32,000 nt of DNA, taken from Fastidiosibacter lacustris. Its GTDB lineage: Bacteria > Pseudomonadota > Gammaproteobacteria > Francisellales > Francisellaceae. The stretch is taken from NCBI RefSeq assembly GCF_003428155.1, contig NZ_QLIR01000012.1, positions 1-32,000 of the forward strand, in the 5' to 3' direction. Below the pieces are notes generated by a model. That model searched no databases. It was not told the DNA's origin and saw only the letters and a program-made list of their open reading frames with translations. Position 1 is the first letter of the stretch. Every line of letters begins with the position of its first letter. Shown piece after piece: positions 24,032 through 32,000 of this stretch. The position numbers and the translations under genes are program-made.

Positions 24032-24051
24032 AGCACAATAAAGAGATAGAA

Positions 24052-24852
24052 ATGATTAAATTAGATAAAATTATATCGTTGCTGCTCAGACTATACAAGC
24101 TGGTTATTACTAGCCTTACGGTCTTGTTATTAATCAGCGGCATAAGCTTTGGCAAGAACTTAGGACAATATGGTCATGTATACGAAATACTTGAGCAGAA
24201 TATGCTGGACTTTATTCATGATCGATTACTGTATTTACAGGAAACAGGTGAGCTTGCCAAACTAGAAAGTGAGGCAAAGGCACGTGTTAAAGCCTCTATT
24301 TTGCGACCCAAACCGGTGCGTCTGGGGACGACAACTGATCCGAAAGTATTTTACTATACGCCAATGTATACCTTGCCACAGGATGTTTACGATGGCAAAG
24401 GCAATATCCTTTATCATAAAGGCACACGCTTTAACTCGATGGATAGTAGCACGTATCCTGAGCCTTTGCGTCAATATCATTTTGTACTACCGAAATGGCA
24501 AGGGCATTTCATCTTTTTTAATGGTGATGACATGCAACAGGTTAATTGGCTCAATAAAACCCTTGTTGAGATGAATGCCAAAAAGCAAAGTTATAAACTG
24601 GTGATGACCGGTGGAAATTTAAAAGACACGATAGCCGCAGTAAACACACGCGTTTACTTTGATCAATATGGCAAATTAAGTGATCAATTTGGCATTAAGC
24701 ATGTGCCAAGCATGGTATCTCAGGAAAATAACCAGTTCAAAATTCAATCGTTTAATGTGGCTCATGAGTCATTGAAATTAGCGGTTAATCACAAAGTAGA
24801 CGAACGAAATGAGCAAGCGGATCAAGTAGATCAAGTAGACAAAAACAGTTAA
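24052..24852 (+). CDS. traW: type-F conjugative transfer protein TraW
   Basis: Signal/TM, then NLGQYGHVYEILEQNMLDFIHDRL...RPKPV, the TraW N-terminal signature. It lies upstream of traU. Confidence 0.85.
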   Translation: MIKLDKIISLLLRLYKLVITSLTVLLLISGISFGKNLGQYGHVYEILEQNMLDFIHDRLLYLQETGELAKLESEAKARVKASILRPKPVRLGTTTDPKVFYYTPMYTLPQDVYDGKGNILYHKGTRFNSMDSSTYPEPLRQYHFVLPKWQGHFIFFNGDDMQQVNWLNKTLVEMNAKKQSYKLVMTGGNLKDTIAAVNTRVYFDQYGKLSDQFGIKHVPSMVSQENNQFKIQSFNVAHESLKLAVNHKVDERNEQADQVDQVDKNS

Positions 24853-24908
24853 AAACACTCAGAGATAAAAAATAAGTAAATGGAAAAAAAATAAAAAGAT
24901 GGTGAGAT

Positions 24909-25973
24909 ATGTTAGGCAAATGGATGCAGTTGATCAAAACAACAATAATCAAAATAGGATTGGGTTGTTGCTTGGCATTGTTGGTGCAGCAAAGCTATAG
25001 TGCAACAGGCACTTGCACAGGGCGTTTTGTTAACCCAATTACCGATATATCATGGGCAAGTATTTTCCCGATGACGATTGGTAAAGTGCCTGTTATTGCC
25101 AGTGCTTTAGGTTTACCTGATACGCCCAATCCGACCTCTCCTGTTGTGGGGTGTAATTTACCCCCTCCATTATTTTATCGTATTGGGATCACGATTGGTT
25201 ATTGGGAGCCTTATGCGCTAACGGATGTGACACGTATTCCCTATTGCATGGTCAATATGGGCTTTGAAATGCCATTGGGATTAAATATGCAGCAAATAGG
25301 CGGGGCAGCGACTGGGGGTACGGAAGTGGCATCAGCAGGGGGCAGACAAGACACGAATGCGCAGTTTTTTCATGTACATTGGTATAAATACCCTATTATT
25401 TACTGGTTGCAACTGATCCAATCGGCGGCGTGTATGGCAACGGACAACTATGATATTTTATACATGAGTGAACTTGATCCATTATGGGATGATGACTTAT
25501 TAGCCTTTTATTTAAACCCAGAAGCGATTTTATTTGGCAATCCAGTGATACAATTAGCCTGTATTGCCGAATCGGTATTAACCTCGGCTAATGTGGCATT
25601 GCCTTTGGATGTGCTATTTTGGTGCGCGGGCTCACAAGGCTCAATGTATCCGTTAACCGGCACTGTATCCAGTGCGTTTTCAGATGCGTCCAATGCGGTA
25701 CTATTAACTGAGCGCATGAATTATAAATTGCACCGTGAGGGATTGGTGTTAGAAACCGTGCCTGAATGGCCTGCGATCTGTTATCAGTATTATGCGCCGA
25801 TATTACCCAAATCACGTTATCGTTATCAATACACCAATGTCGTGCCAGAGCCGTATATTTCACACCCTTATACAACGACAACAATGATTTCAGAAGCGGG
25901 TAAAAACAATATTGTGACGGGTGACAATTTTGGGTTTTTAAACTTCAAAAAACGCAATTGTGTGTTTTTATAG
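24909..25973 (+). CDS. traU: type-F conjugative transfer protein TraU
   Basis: CTGRFVNPITDISWASIFPMTIG matches F TraU CEGRFVNPITDICWSCIFPLSLG. Confidence 0.95.
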   Translation: MLGKWMQLIKTTIIKIGLGCCLALLVQQSYSATGTCTGRFVNPITDISWASIFPMTIGKVPVIASALGLPDTPNPTSPVVGCNLPPPLFYRIGITIGYWEPYALTDVTRIPYCMVNMGFEMPLGLNMQQIGGAATGGTEVASAGGRQDTNAQFFHVHWYKYPIIYWLQLIQSAACMATDNYDILYMSELDPLWDDDLLAFYLNPEAILFGNPVIQLACIAESVLTSANVALPLDVLFWCAGSQGSMYPLTGTVSSAFSDASNAVLLTERMNYKLHREGLVLETVPEWPAICYQYYAPILPKSRYRYQYTNVVPEPYISHPYTTTTMISEAGKNNIVTGDNFGFLNFKKRNCVFL

Positions 25974-25995
25974 TACATGATTTAAGGAGATAGAC

Positions 25996-26247
25996 ATGGC
26001 ATTAACCAACAAGATAACTGTTTCTAACACAAGCAATTTACCCTATGCCATTGTGATTGGCTATATGGCGATTATGATTGTCGTCATGACTGTGATTGTC
26101 AGCCTGTCGATCAAGGAAGCTGAAAAGAAAAGCGTGCGTGAAGCAGCGCTTAGGGCAAGTATTGATGATCACTTTGCCAAAACGCGAGCTGAATTTGATA
26201 AGCAATTTGAACAAATCAGGCGTGATCGCGGTAGATGGGGAGGTTGA
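25996..26247 (+). CDS. small single-TM hypothetical protein
   Basis: 83 aa with TM LPYAIVIGYMAIMIVVMTVIVSLSI and then a charged helix. GGAGAT lies before the ATG. Its stop is 2 nt before the trbC ATG. Confidence 0.55.
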   Translation: MALTNKITVSNTSNLPYAIVIGYMAIMIVVMTVIVSLSIKEAEKKSVREAALRASIDDHFAKTRAEFDKQFEQIRRDRGRWGG

Positions 26248-26249
26248 TA

Positions 26250-27053
26250 ATGTATGCAAATAGTATAAGAGTAAAGAGAGTAGAAAAAATAACGTCACTT
26301 TTGTGTTTCTTGATTTGTCAGTTTAGTTTGCTTGGTGTATCTCAGCATTCTTATGCCACTGAAAATGTAAGCCAACCAACGTACTCACAACAAGATATTG
26401 AAGCGTTAAACCAATCTGCACAACAAAAAGCGCAAAGCTATCAAACTCAAGCATTACAACTTAATGAGCAGGCATTAGCAACAAGCAAGCAACATGAAGA
26501 TGCCGCACGTCAAACGGCTGAAATGGGCAAAGAAAAGTGGCTTGAAGCGATGGCAAAGCTTAAAAACCAGTACATTGATGATAAACAATTAGCGGCGATG
26601 CAAAAGCAGTATCATGGTTTATTGATTTTTGCGTCATTATGGATGCCAGAAGCCTCATTAAAAGCACTCGTTAAGCAAGCCGATCAAGTCGGGGCACCCA
26701 TTATTATTCAAGGCTTATATAAAAACAGTTTTCAACTGACTGCCGATAAAATATTTGATCTGGTGAAGCCCGAAAAAGCTGAAAAAGAGGGTGGCAAATA
26801 TCAAGGTGGCATTGTGATTGATCCGAATTGGTTCAAAATGTATGGGATTACTAAGGTGCCTGCCTTTGTCATCACCCATCAGTTTAATGCCTGCTTAGGT
26901 GGCAAAGATTGCAAGGTGGCAGATTATGATATATTGACGGGCAATATATCGGCTCAAGATGCATTAACTGTCTTTAAGCGTAAAGGGCAGCGGCAGTTTC
27001 AAGCCGTGGTTGAGCAGTTTTTATCTTTGACGGATCAAGCTGATCACAGGTAG
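26250..27053 (+). CDS. trbC: type-F pilus assembly protein TrbC
   Basis: LLIFASLWMPEASLKALVKQADQVGAPIIIQGL is the TrbC signature (iFvS.sMP...L). The start at ATG 26250, preceded by GGGGAGG, is preferred over the tracked 26235. Confidence 0.85.
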   Translation: MYANSIRVKRVEKITSLLCFLICQFSLLGVSQHSYATENVSQPTYSQQDIEALNQSAQQKAQSYQTQALQLNEQALATSKQHEDAARQTAEMGKEKWLEAMAKLKNQYIDDKQLAAMQKQYHGLLIFASLWMPEASLKALVKQADQVGAPIIIQGLYKNSFQLTADKIFDLVKPEKAEKEGGKYQGGIVIDPNWFKMYGITKVPAFVITHQFNACLGGKDCKVADYDILTGNISAQDALTVFKRKGQRQFQAVVEQFLSLTDQADHR

Positions 27054-27145
27054 TTTTTACCTTTTTTATCTTTTTTTACGTTGATTATGGTCTAATTTTC
27101 ATCATTGGATTTTGCCGTTTTATTTTTTTATGGGGGTTGCTCAGC

Positions 27146-29041
27146 ATGAGGGGTATTCATTATACGATGTGGTGTGCGGTAACATGGCTTTTTTGTATTA
27201 CGACCATCGCTGTTGTCACAGCAAATGAGATGCAACAACACTTTGATAATTATTCGACTGACTATCAGGATGTTGCAAAAAACATGATTACATCAGGTCA
27301 GCTTAATAGCAAGATCAATGCACAGGATTATACCAAAGATGATATCAATGCTATTGCTGTCAAGGGTTATTACGATAATCCTGATGCCATGACAGAAGAT
27401 AGTAAAAAAGCGTATAGAGAAAATACAAACACCCAAGCATTAAGTGATTTGCAGATCAATGGCAAACAAAAGATTGACCCAAATAATCCTGCATACAAAA
27501 AAGCGGCTGAAACCCAAGCGAATGCCGATAAAATCTTACATGAAACAATCGGTTCAGGTTATCAATGCACAGAAGTGTCAATGGGTTGCACTACAGAAAC
27601 AACGGTTAAAACCTGTCAGCAATCGAATCATCAGAATTTATCCTGTTATCTTTTGCCAAAAATTGAAGTGATTGACGTGCCCTATCTAACGCAAGATACT
27701 TTTACTGGACAACTAGCGAACATTGCAGGGGCTGTAGGCTATATCGTTGTACCTGAAAAGGGCACCATTATATCTGCGCATATACAGTTAAATAATTATG
27801 GACATAATATTTGGACATGTAAACGTAATTATTGGGGATTAGTCTCAGGCGATAGAACCAATACATTTTGGCCTGACTGTGGTGGCGGAACCGATGGATT
27901 TGGTGCGGGCTTTAGTGTCGGTCATATTAGTATTCCCGTAGCGTCTCAGCAAAGTGTTCCTTTTGAGCTTAAGTGTGACCCTGGTCGTTTGGGTATTCGC
28001 CATTGTGGAACGGTTGGTTCAGCATGGCGACAATGGACAATCGTCATGAATGTGACGCGATATAAGAAAGAAGCGCATGTCACATGGCAAGATACCTGTA
28101 CCAACTTACAAACCAGTGCTTGCGTTAAAACTTCAGAAGTCTGCACAGAAGGTGGGGGAACGCGCCATATCAGTGGTATTGATGTGACGTTAGATTGCTG
28201 GCGTTATGACTTAACCTATTCCTGTGGTTATAACAAAGTCGATTCATGCAAACCTTTTGCGGATAAGTGCAATTATGTTTCTCAACGTTGTATCGAACAA
28301 GACAGTGGGTTTTGTTTAACCTATGAGAAAACCTATCATTGTATCCAAGAGGATTGCGCTCACAAAGAATTGCGTTGTGGCGATCCAAATTCCATTCTCT
28401 TCACGCAAAAAATAGCGCATGGCACGGCAAATGGTTTTGGCAAAGCCGTTGCAGGGTTTGCGGGTGTTTCTGCCGCAGGGAATGATTTAAATAAAACCCA
28501 AGATCAGTTGCAAATATTTAAAGGGAAACCCAATGACTGTGGTGAAGCAGGATTGGGGCTTTATGATTGCTGTGATGGCGGTGGCAATATGCTACACCGC
28601 TGTTCAGAAACTGAAAAAGCATTAAAAGAAGCTCGTGATAAAAACTTAGCGACTTATGTGGGGCGTTATTGTGCTAAAAAAGCGTTAGGCGTTTGTCTTG
28701 TCTATCATCAATCATGGTGTATGTTTGAATCGAAACTGACACGGATTATTCAAGAACAGGGGCGAGCAGGACAGCTTCGCCTATCATTTGGTGACGGTGA
28801 GAATCCCAATTGCTCAGGGTTAACCCCTGAACAGTTGCAACAGATTAATTTTGAGCAAATTGATTTTAGTGAGATTTATGCTGATTTGTCGGTGCATAGC
28901 CCCAGTGATCAATCGATTGAAGAGGCAATGAGCAATAAGTTCAAAACGAATAAGGAAACACCGCAGTATATGAAAAAGAAGACTGAAGAAGCACAAGATC
29001 AGCCATTGAAAGATGAGGACATTAAATACCAAGGTGTATAG
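27146..29041 (+). CDS. traN: type-F mating-pair stabilisation protein TraN
   Basis: About 630 aa, signal peptide, many Cys residues clustered in the C-terminal two thirds. It sits between trbC and traF. The first ATG is at 27146 (the tracked start at 27137 is TTG). Confidence 0.85.
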   Translation: MRGIHYTMWCAVTWLFCITTIAVVTANEMQQHFDNYSTDYQDVAKNMITSGQLNSKINAQDYTKDDINAIAVKGYYDNPDAMTEDSKKAYRENTNTQALSDLQINGKQKIDPNNPAYKKAAETQANADKILHETIGSGYQCTEVSMGCTTETTVKTCQQSNHQNLSCYLLPKIEVIDVPYLTQDTFTGQLANIAGAVGYIVVPEKGTIISAHIQLNNYGHNIWTCKRNYWGLVSGDRTNTFWPDCGGGTDGFGAGFSVGHISIPVASQQSVPFELKCDPGRLGIRHCGTVGSAWRQWTIVMNVTRYKKEAHVTWQDTCTNLQTSACVKTSEVCTEGGGTRHISGIDVTLDCWRYDLTYSCGYNKVDSCKPFADKCNYVSQRCIEQDSGFCLTYEKTYHCIQEDCAHKELRCGDPNSILFTQKIAHGTANGFGKAVAGFAGVSAAGNDLNKTQDQLQIFKGKPNDCGEAGLGLYDCCDGGGNMLHRCSETEKALKEARDKNLATYVGRYCAKKALGVCLVYHQSWCMFESKLTRIIQEQGRAGQLRLSFGDGENPNCSGLTPEQLQQINFEQIDFSEIYADLSVHSPSDQSIEEAMSNKFKTNKETPQYMKKKTEEAQDQPLKDEDIKYQGV

Positions 29042-29042
29042 C

Positions 29043-29903
29043 ATGCAGAAAGTTAAAAACGTCAAAGACATTAAAGAGATCAAAAAAATAAAAAAAATAA
29101 AAAAACTGGCAAAAGTAAAAAGCCTGTTTTTAGTAAGCATTTCGTTTATGGTTTTTTTCTTTAGTACCGCATCACATGCTGCTTATCGCGCCCAAGGATG
29201 GAGCTGGTATAACGCTGCTATTGTCGATTATACGGACGATGATGAGCAACCAAAAAAAGAAAAACAACCAAAAGAAGTAACTGTGACGACACAATTGCCA
29301 ATGTCGTATTCCCAGCAGTTGGCGGATTTTCAGGCGTATTATCAAGAGGTTTATGACAAAGCATTGATTACACAAAACGTTGAAGATGTCGCTTATGCTG
29401 CTCGGCTCAATCAATGGATGATCGAGCAATCTAAAGGCTATGGACGTGCATACAAAGAAGCGTTATTAAAATACCCTGAATTATCGCATGAGTTGAAATT
29501 CCCAACGGCACAAGTGGCGCGTCAAGTGGCTTATCAGGAAGAGAAGAAAGAACAAAGTCGGGCAATTGAAACCTTATCCAAACAGTATGGTTTATTCTAT
29601 TTTTATCGTGGTGGCAATGCGTATGATCAAGCGATGGCTGAGTCTGTTCAGGATTTAGCGAATCAATATAAGATTTCATTAATTGGTTTTCCTGTTGATG
29701 GACAAGCGTTAGCCGTCATTAAAAATAATCATGCTCACACTAACCAGATGCAGACTGTAGGAGTTAAAGCCTTGCCAGCATTGTTTTTGGTTGACCCTAT
29801 TCATAAAAAATCACATCCCCTAGCGTATGGTTTTATTGCTCAAGATGATGTGAAAAAGCATTACGTTGATATTGCCACAAACTTTGGGCGGGAGGAAATA
29901 TAA
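29043..29903 (+). CDS. traF: type-F pilus assembly protein TraF (thioredoxin-like, no CXXC)
   Basis: YGLFYFYRGGNAYDQAMAESVQDLANQYKISLIGFPVDGQ...LPALFLV is the TraF signature. ATG 29043 lies just after the traN stop and is preceded by AAGGTG. Confidence 0.85.
   Translation: MQKVKNVKDIKEIKKIKKIKKLAKVKSLFLVSISFMVFFFSTASHAAYRAQGWSWYNAAIVDYTDDDEQPKKEKQPKEVTVTTQLPMSYSQQLADFQAYYQEVYDKALITQNVEDVAYAARLNQWMIEQSKGYGRAYKEALLKYPELSHELKFPTAQVARQVAYQEEKKEQSRAIETLSKQYGLFYFYRGGNAYDQAMAESVQDLANQYKISLIGFPVDGQALAVIKNNHAHTNQMQTVGVKALPALFLVDPIHKKSHPLAYGFIAQDDVKKHYVDIATNFGREEI
29061..29105 (+). repeat. 9-nt periodic A-rich repeat (GTCAAAGAC ATTAAAGAG ATCAAAAAA ATAAAAAAA x2; VKD IKE IKK IKK IKK in TraF)
   Basis: Five consecutive 9-nt units read directly from the sequence. 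Periodicity continues weakly to about 29123. Confidence 0.9.
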
Positions 29904-30640
29904 TGTTATTTTTATTATTTTCATTATTTTTTTTGTTTCTATTCTTTTTATTCTTTTTATTAACGACACTATCTAGCCAGTTCAGACAATTAAAAAGCGT
30001 AAACCGTTCTGTTGTCGGTGTTTTAAAACGCCTGATAGGTATGTCTGCACTATTGGGATTAGTCTCAATTAGTTGGGCAAATTTATCCACTGATAGTGTC
30101 TTTTTAAAAACCCAGTCAGCACGCCATACTCAATCTGTGAATAGCCAGAATATGCAGCAAACATCTTCTGACGTGATGATTGCTAAGCAGCAACCACGAC
30201 AGATAGATAAAGCATTACAAGTAGATGGAGTAAACGAGGTAAAAGAGGTAAAAGAAAGTAAAGAGGCTAAAGCAAAGACATTGATTGGGCAATTGGCACA
30301 GTCAGGCTATGCCTTGATATTTTTCTTTCACTCTAGCTGTGGGCATTGTCATCAGTTTGCACCGATCGTAAAGTCGGTATCTACTAAGTATGGGTTTTAT
30401 GTGTTTGACTTTAGTTTTGACAACCAAGGATTGCCAAGTTTCCCCACCCCTGCAACAGTGACCCAAGCAATTTACCGCGCCTATTACGGCAATGCTAAGC
30501 CATTTTATCCTGTGCTGATTTTACAAAACGTCAACACGATGGAATTTTATGTGGTGGCACAAGGGAACATTCCAGAGAGGTTATTAGAGCAACATCTGAA
30601 TCAATATGCTAAGGAGTTGTTACGTGATCATTCTCTCTAA
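29903..30640 (+). CDS. trbB: type-F thiol:disulfide isomerase TrbB (thioredoxin fold, CXXC)
   Basis: FFFHSSCGHCHQFAPIVK parallels F TrbB FFMQGHCPYCHQFDPVLK. The start is uncertain. ATG 29903 (TAATG overlap, GGAGG upstream) gives a poly-Phe/Leu N-terminus. An internal ATG at 30041 gives a classical signal peptide MSALLGLVSISWA|N. Confidence 0.8.
   Translation: MLFLLFSLFFLFLFFLFFLLTTLSSQFRQLKSVNRSVVGVLKRLIGMSALLGLVSISWANLSTDSVFLKTQSARHTQSVNSQNMQQTSSDVMIAKQQPRQIDKALQVDGVNEVKEVKESKEAKAKTLIGQLAQSGYALIFFFHSSCGHCHQFAPIVKSVSTKYGFYVFDFSFDNQGLPSFPTPATVTQAIYRAYYGNAKPFYPVLILQNVNTMEFYVVAQGNIPERLLEQHLNQYAKELLRDHSL
30230..30274 (+). repeat. 9-nt periodic repeat GTAAACGAG GTAAAAGAG GTAAAAGAA AGTAAAGAG GCTAAAGCA (VNE VKE VKE SKE AKA in TrbB)
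   Basis: Five consecutive 9-nt units read directly from the sequence. Confidence 0.9.
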
Positions 30641-32000
30641 ATTATTTTATCGTTTTTATACATTTTATAAACAAATAAAGCGTAAACGCTCAAATCATTT
30701 TGTTATTGTTTTGATTGCTTTGATGCGTTGGAGTATATTATCTTTCACGATGAGCCATTTGGCTTATGCTAGCTTTGCTGAAAGTTTAAATACCTACGCC
30801 AATGAAATTGGTTATGCCAATGTCACAGGTGCCACTGCGGCAATGACGCAATCAGGTGGGCATTTTTCAGCAGGCAGTGGTTACATTGCCACACCTGTTA
30901 AACAAATTCAGCTTGCTCATGTGCAAATGCCTAATATCAGTGCCAGTTGTTCAGGGATTGATTGGACAGTCGGTGGCATGAGTTTTATCAACTCTGAAAA
31001 ATTAACACAGTTTGGGCAAGCCATTGTACAAAGTGCAGTACCTTTTTCGATTGATTTAGCCTTGCAAACATGGGCACCACAAATCGCAGCGCTTAAAGGT
31101 AAGTTTGAAGCGATTGCCAATGCAATTAATAATTTAAACATTAGTTCCTGTCAGGCAGCCCAACTGGCTGTTGGTGCAGTGTCAGGGTCATTTATGGAGG
31201 GTAAGGGTAAGGAATATCTGTGCCAATCCTATAAGGCGCAAAATAGTCGTGCATCGGGTTGGCTTGCCAGTCAGCAAGGCTGTAGTAACACGGCCGATGC
31301 CGCAGCAGCGAATCAGGCAGCTAAAAATGATCCTAACCTTGATCATTTGATTAAGCAAGACCGTAATATTGTGTGGTATCAACTGATGAAAAATGACTTT
31401 TTACAAAAAAATCCTGAGGTGGCTGAATACTTAATGTCGATGACAGGCACCATTATTTATCCACCTATAGATAGCAGTGGACAGATGAAACCTGATCGTC
31501 GATCGCCTTTGATGATTGACAGTAAAACCGCAGGCTTTAACGAGTTGTTATTTGGCACCAGCACCAATAGCAAAATAGACGTGTATCGATGTGATGATCG
31601 TAACCAAGAAAAATGCCGAAATCCAAGCACTGTAAAACTCAATATTCCTAAAAATAAGGCATTAGTACCTAAAATCACCACGATATTAGAAAGCATGGGG
31701 CAGAAGTTTATCAATGATACCAAGTTATCCTCCGAGGAAGAAAACTTAATCAATGCGGTTAACTTTCCGTTACTTGCCATTATTCACGCAGAAATTCGCG
31801 CAGGATGGGTGCCTGAGTATAACCTCTATGCCGATATTGTCAGTCGTATTGTGCTATCAAGTTATATTGGGCAAATTATCCATCAAGCGATGGCTGCGAT
31901 TATTCATAATCCATCAGCATCCTCGGATGAAGACTTTAAATGGATTCGTGAGAATCTACAGAATGCACAACGCTTAATCGTGGGGCAATATCAAACACAA
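30624..32000 (+). CDS. traH: type-F conjugative transfer protein TraH (3'-partial, runs off the window)
   Basis: Open frame from GTG 30624 (AAGGAG 7 nt upstream, overlapping the trbB end) to the window edge with no stop, so it is absent from the ORF track. Signal-like ...LSFTMSHLAYA|SF, then PNISASCSGIDWTVGGMSFINSEKL, which matches the TraH P(S).AGCGGID.f.G.fSfIn motif. Confidence 0.85.
   Translation, partial: MIILSKLFYRFYTFYKQIKRKRSNHFVIVLIALMRWSILSFTMSHLAYASFAESLNTYANEIGYANVTGATAAMTQSGGHFSAGSGYIATPVKQIQLAHVQMPNISASCSGIDWTVGGMSFINSEKLTQFGQAIVQSAVPFSIDLALQTWAPQIAALKGKFEAIANAINNLNISSCQAAQLAVGAVSGSFMEGKGKEYLCQSYKAQNSRASGWLASQQGCSNTADAAAANQAAKNDPNLDHLIKQDRNIVWYQLMKNDFLQKNPEVAEYLMSMTGTIIYPPIDSSGQMKPDRRSPLMIDSKTAGFNELLFGTSTNSKIDVYRCDDRNQEKCRNPSTVKLNIPKNKALVPKITTILESMGQKFINDTKLSSEEENLINAVNFPLLAIIHAEIRAGWVPEYNLYADIVSRIVLSSYIGQIIHQAMAAIIHNPSASSDEDFKWIRENLQNAQRLIVGQYQTQ

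Noticed and set aside
29833-30090. Minus-strand ORF with KKNKKNRNKKNNENNKNN low complexity
   Set aside because: It is the reverse-complement reading of the T-rich 9-nt repeats at the traF/trbB junction, and it overlaps two supported genes.

Overview
This window looks like a contiguous piece of a large conjugative plasmid (less likely an ICE) from an AT-rich Gram-negative, gammaproteobacterium-like host. All family calls come from motif and synteny recognition by eye; no searches were run.

(1) 1-2.2 kb holds mobile and addiction genes. The 3' end of an IS with an rve/DDE transposase tail has truncated a serine-recombinase gene. Next come a DUF4160/DUF2442 pair, an orphan second copy of the same IS end, an intact resolvase and a MazF/PemK-type toxin-antitoxin pair.

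(2) 2.3-6.1 kb, minus strand, carries small ORF-parB-parA-rep. Three perfect copies of a 16-bp palindrome (candidate parS/operator) punctuate it. Ten perfect plus one degenerate 21-bp iterons lie upstream of rep.

(3) 6.2-12.4 kb is accessory cargo: a RepL-like wHTH ORF, then an exported 2H-phosphoesterase coupled to a frameshifted GNAT. The most interesting item is a translationally coupled pair of a degenerate sensor-kinase-like membrane protein and an NB-ARC/TPR STAND NTPase. The STAND protein has only a hydrophobic N-terminal helix and no recognisable effector or DNA-binding domain. A convergent XRE regulator follows.

(4) 12.4-32 kb is an F-type (MPF-F) transfer region: RHH (TraY-like) gene, small ORFs, an OMP plus lipoprotein insertion, then traA-L-E-K-B-V-C-trbI-(2 extra ORFs)-traW-U-(small ORF)-trbC-traN-F-trbB-traH. 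traH runs off the 3' edge. No relaxase or coupling protein is in the window.

A striking sequence-level feature of the tra region is a recurrent A-rich 9-nt periodic tandem repeat at many gene termini and in two intergenic spacers.
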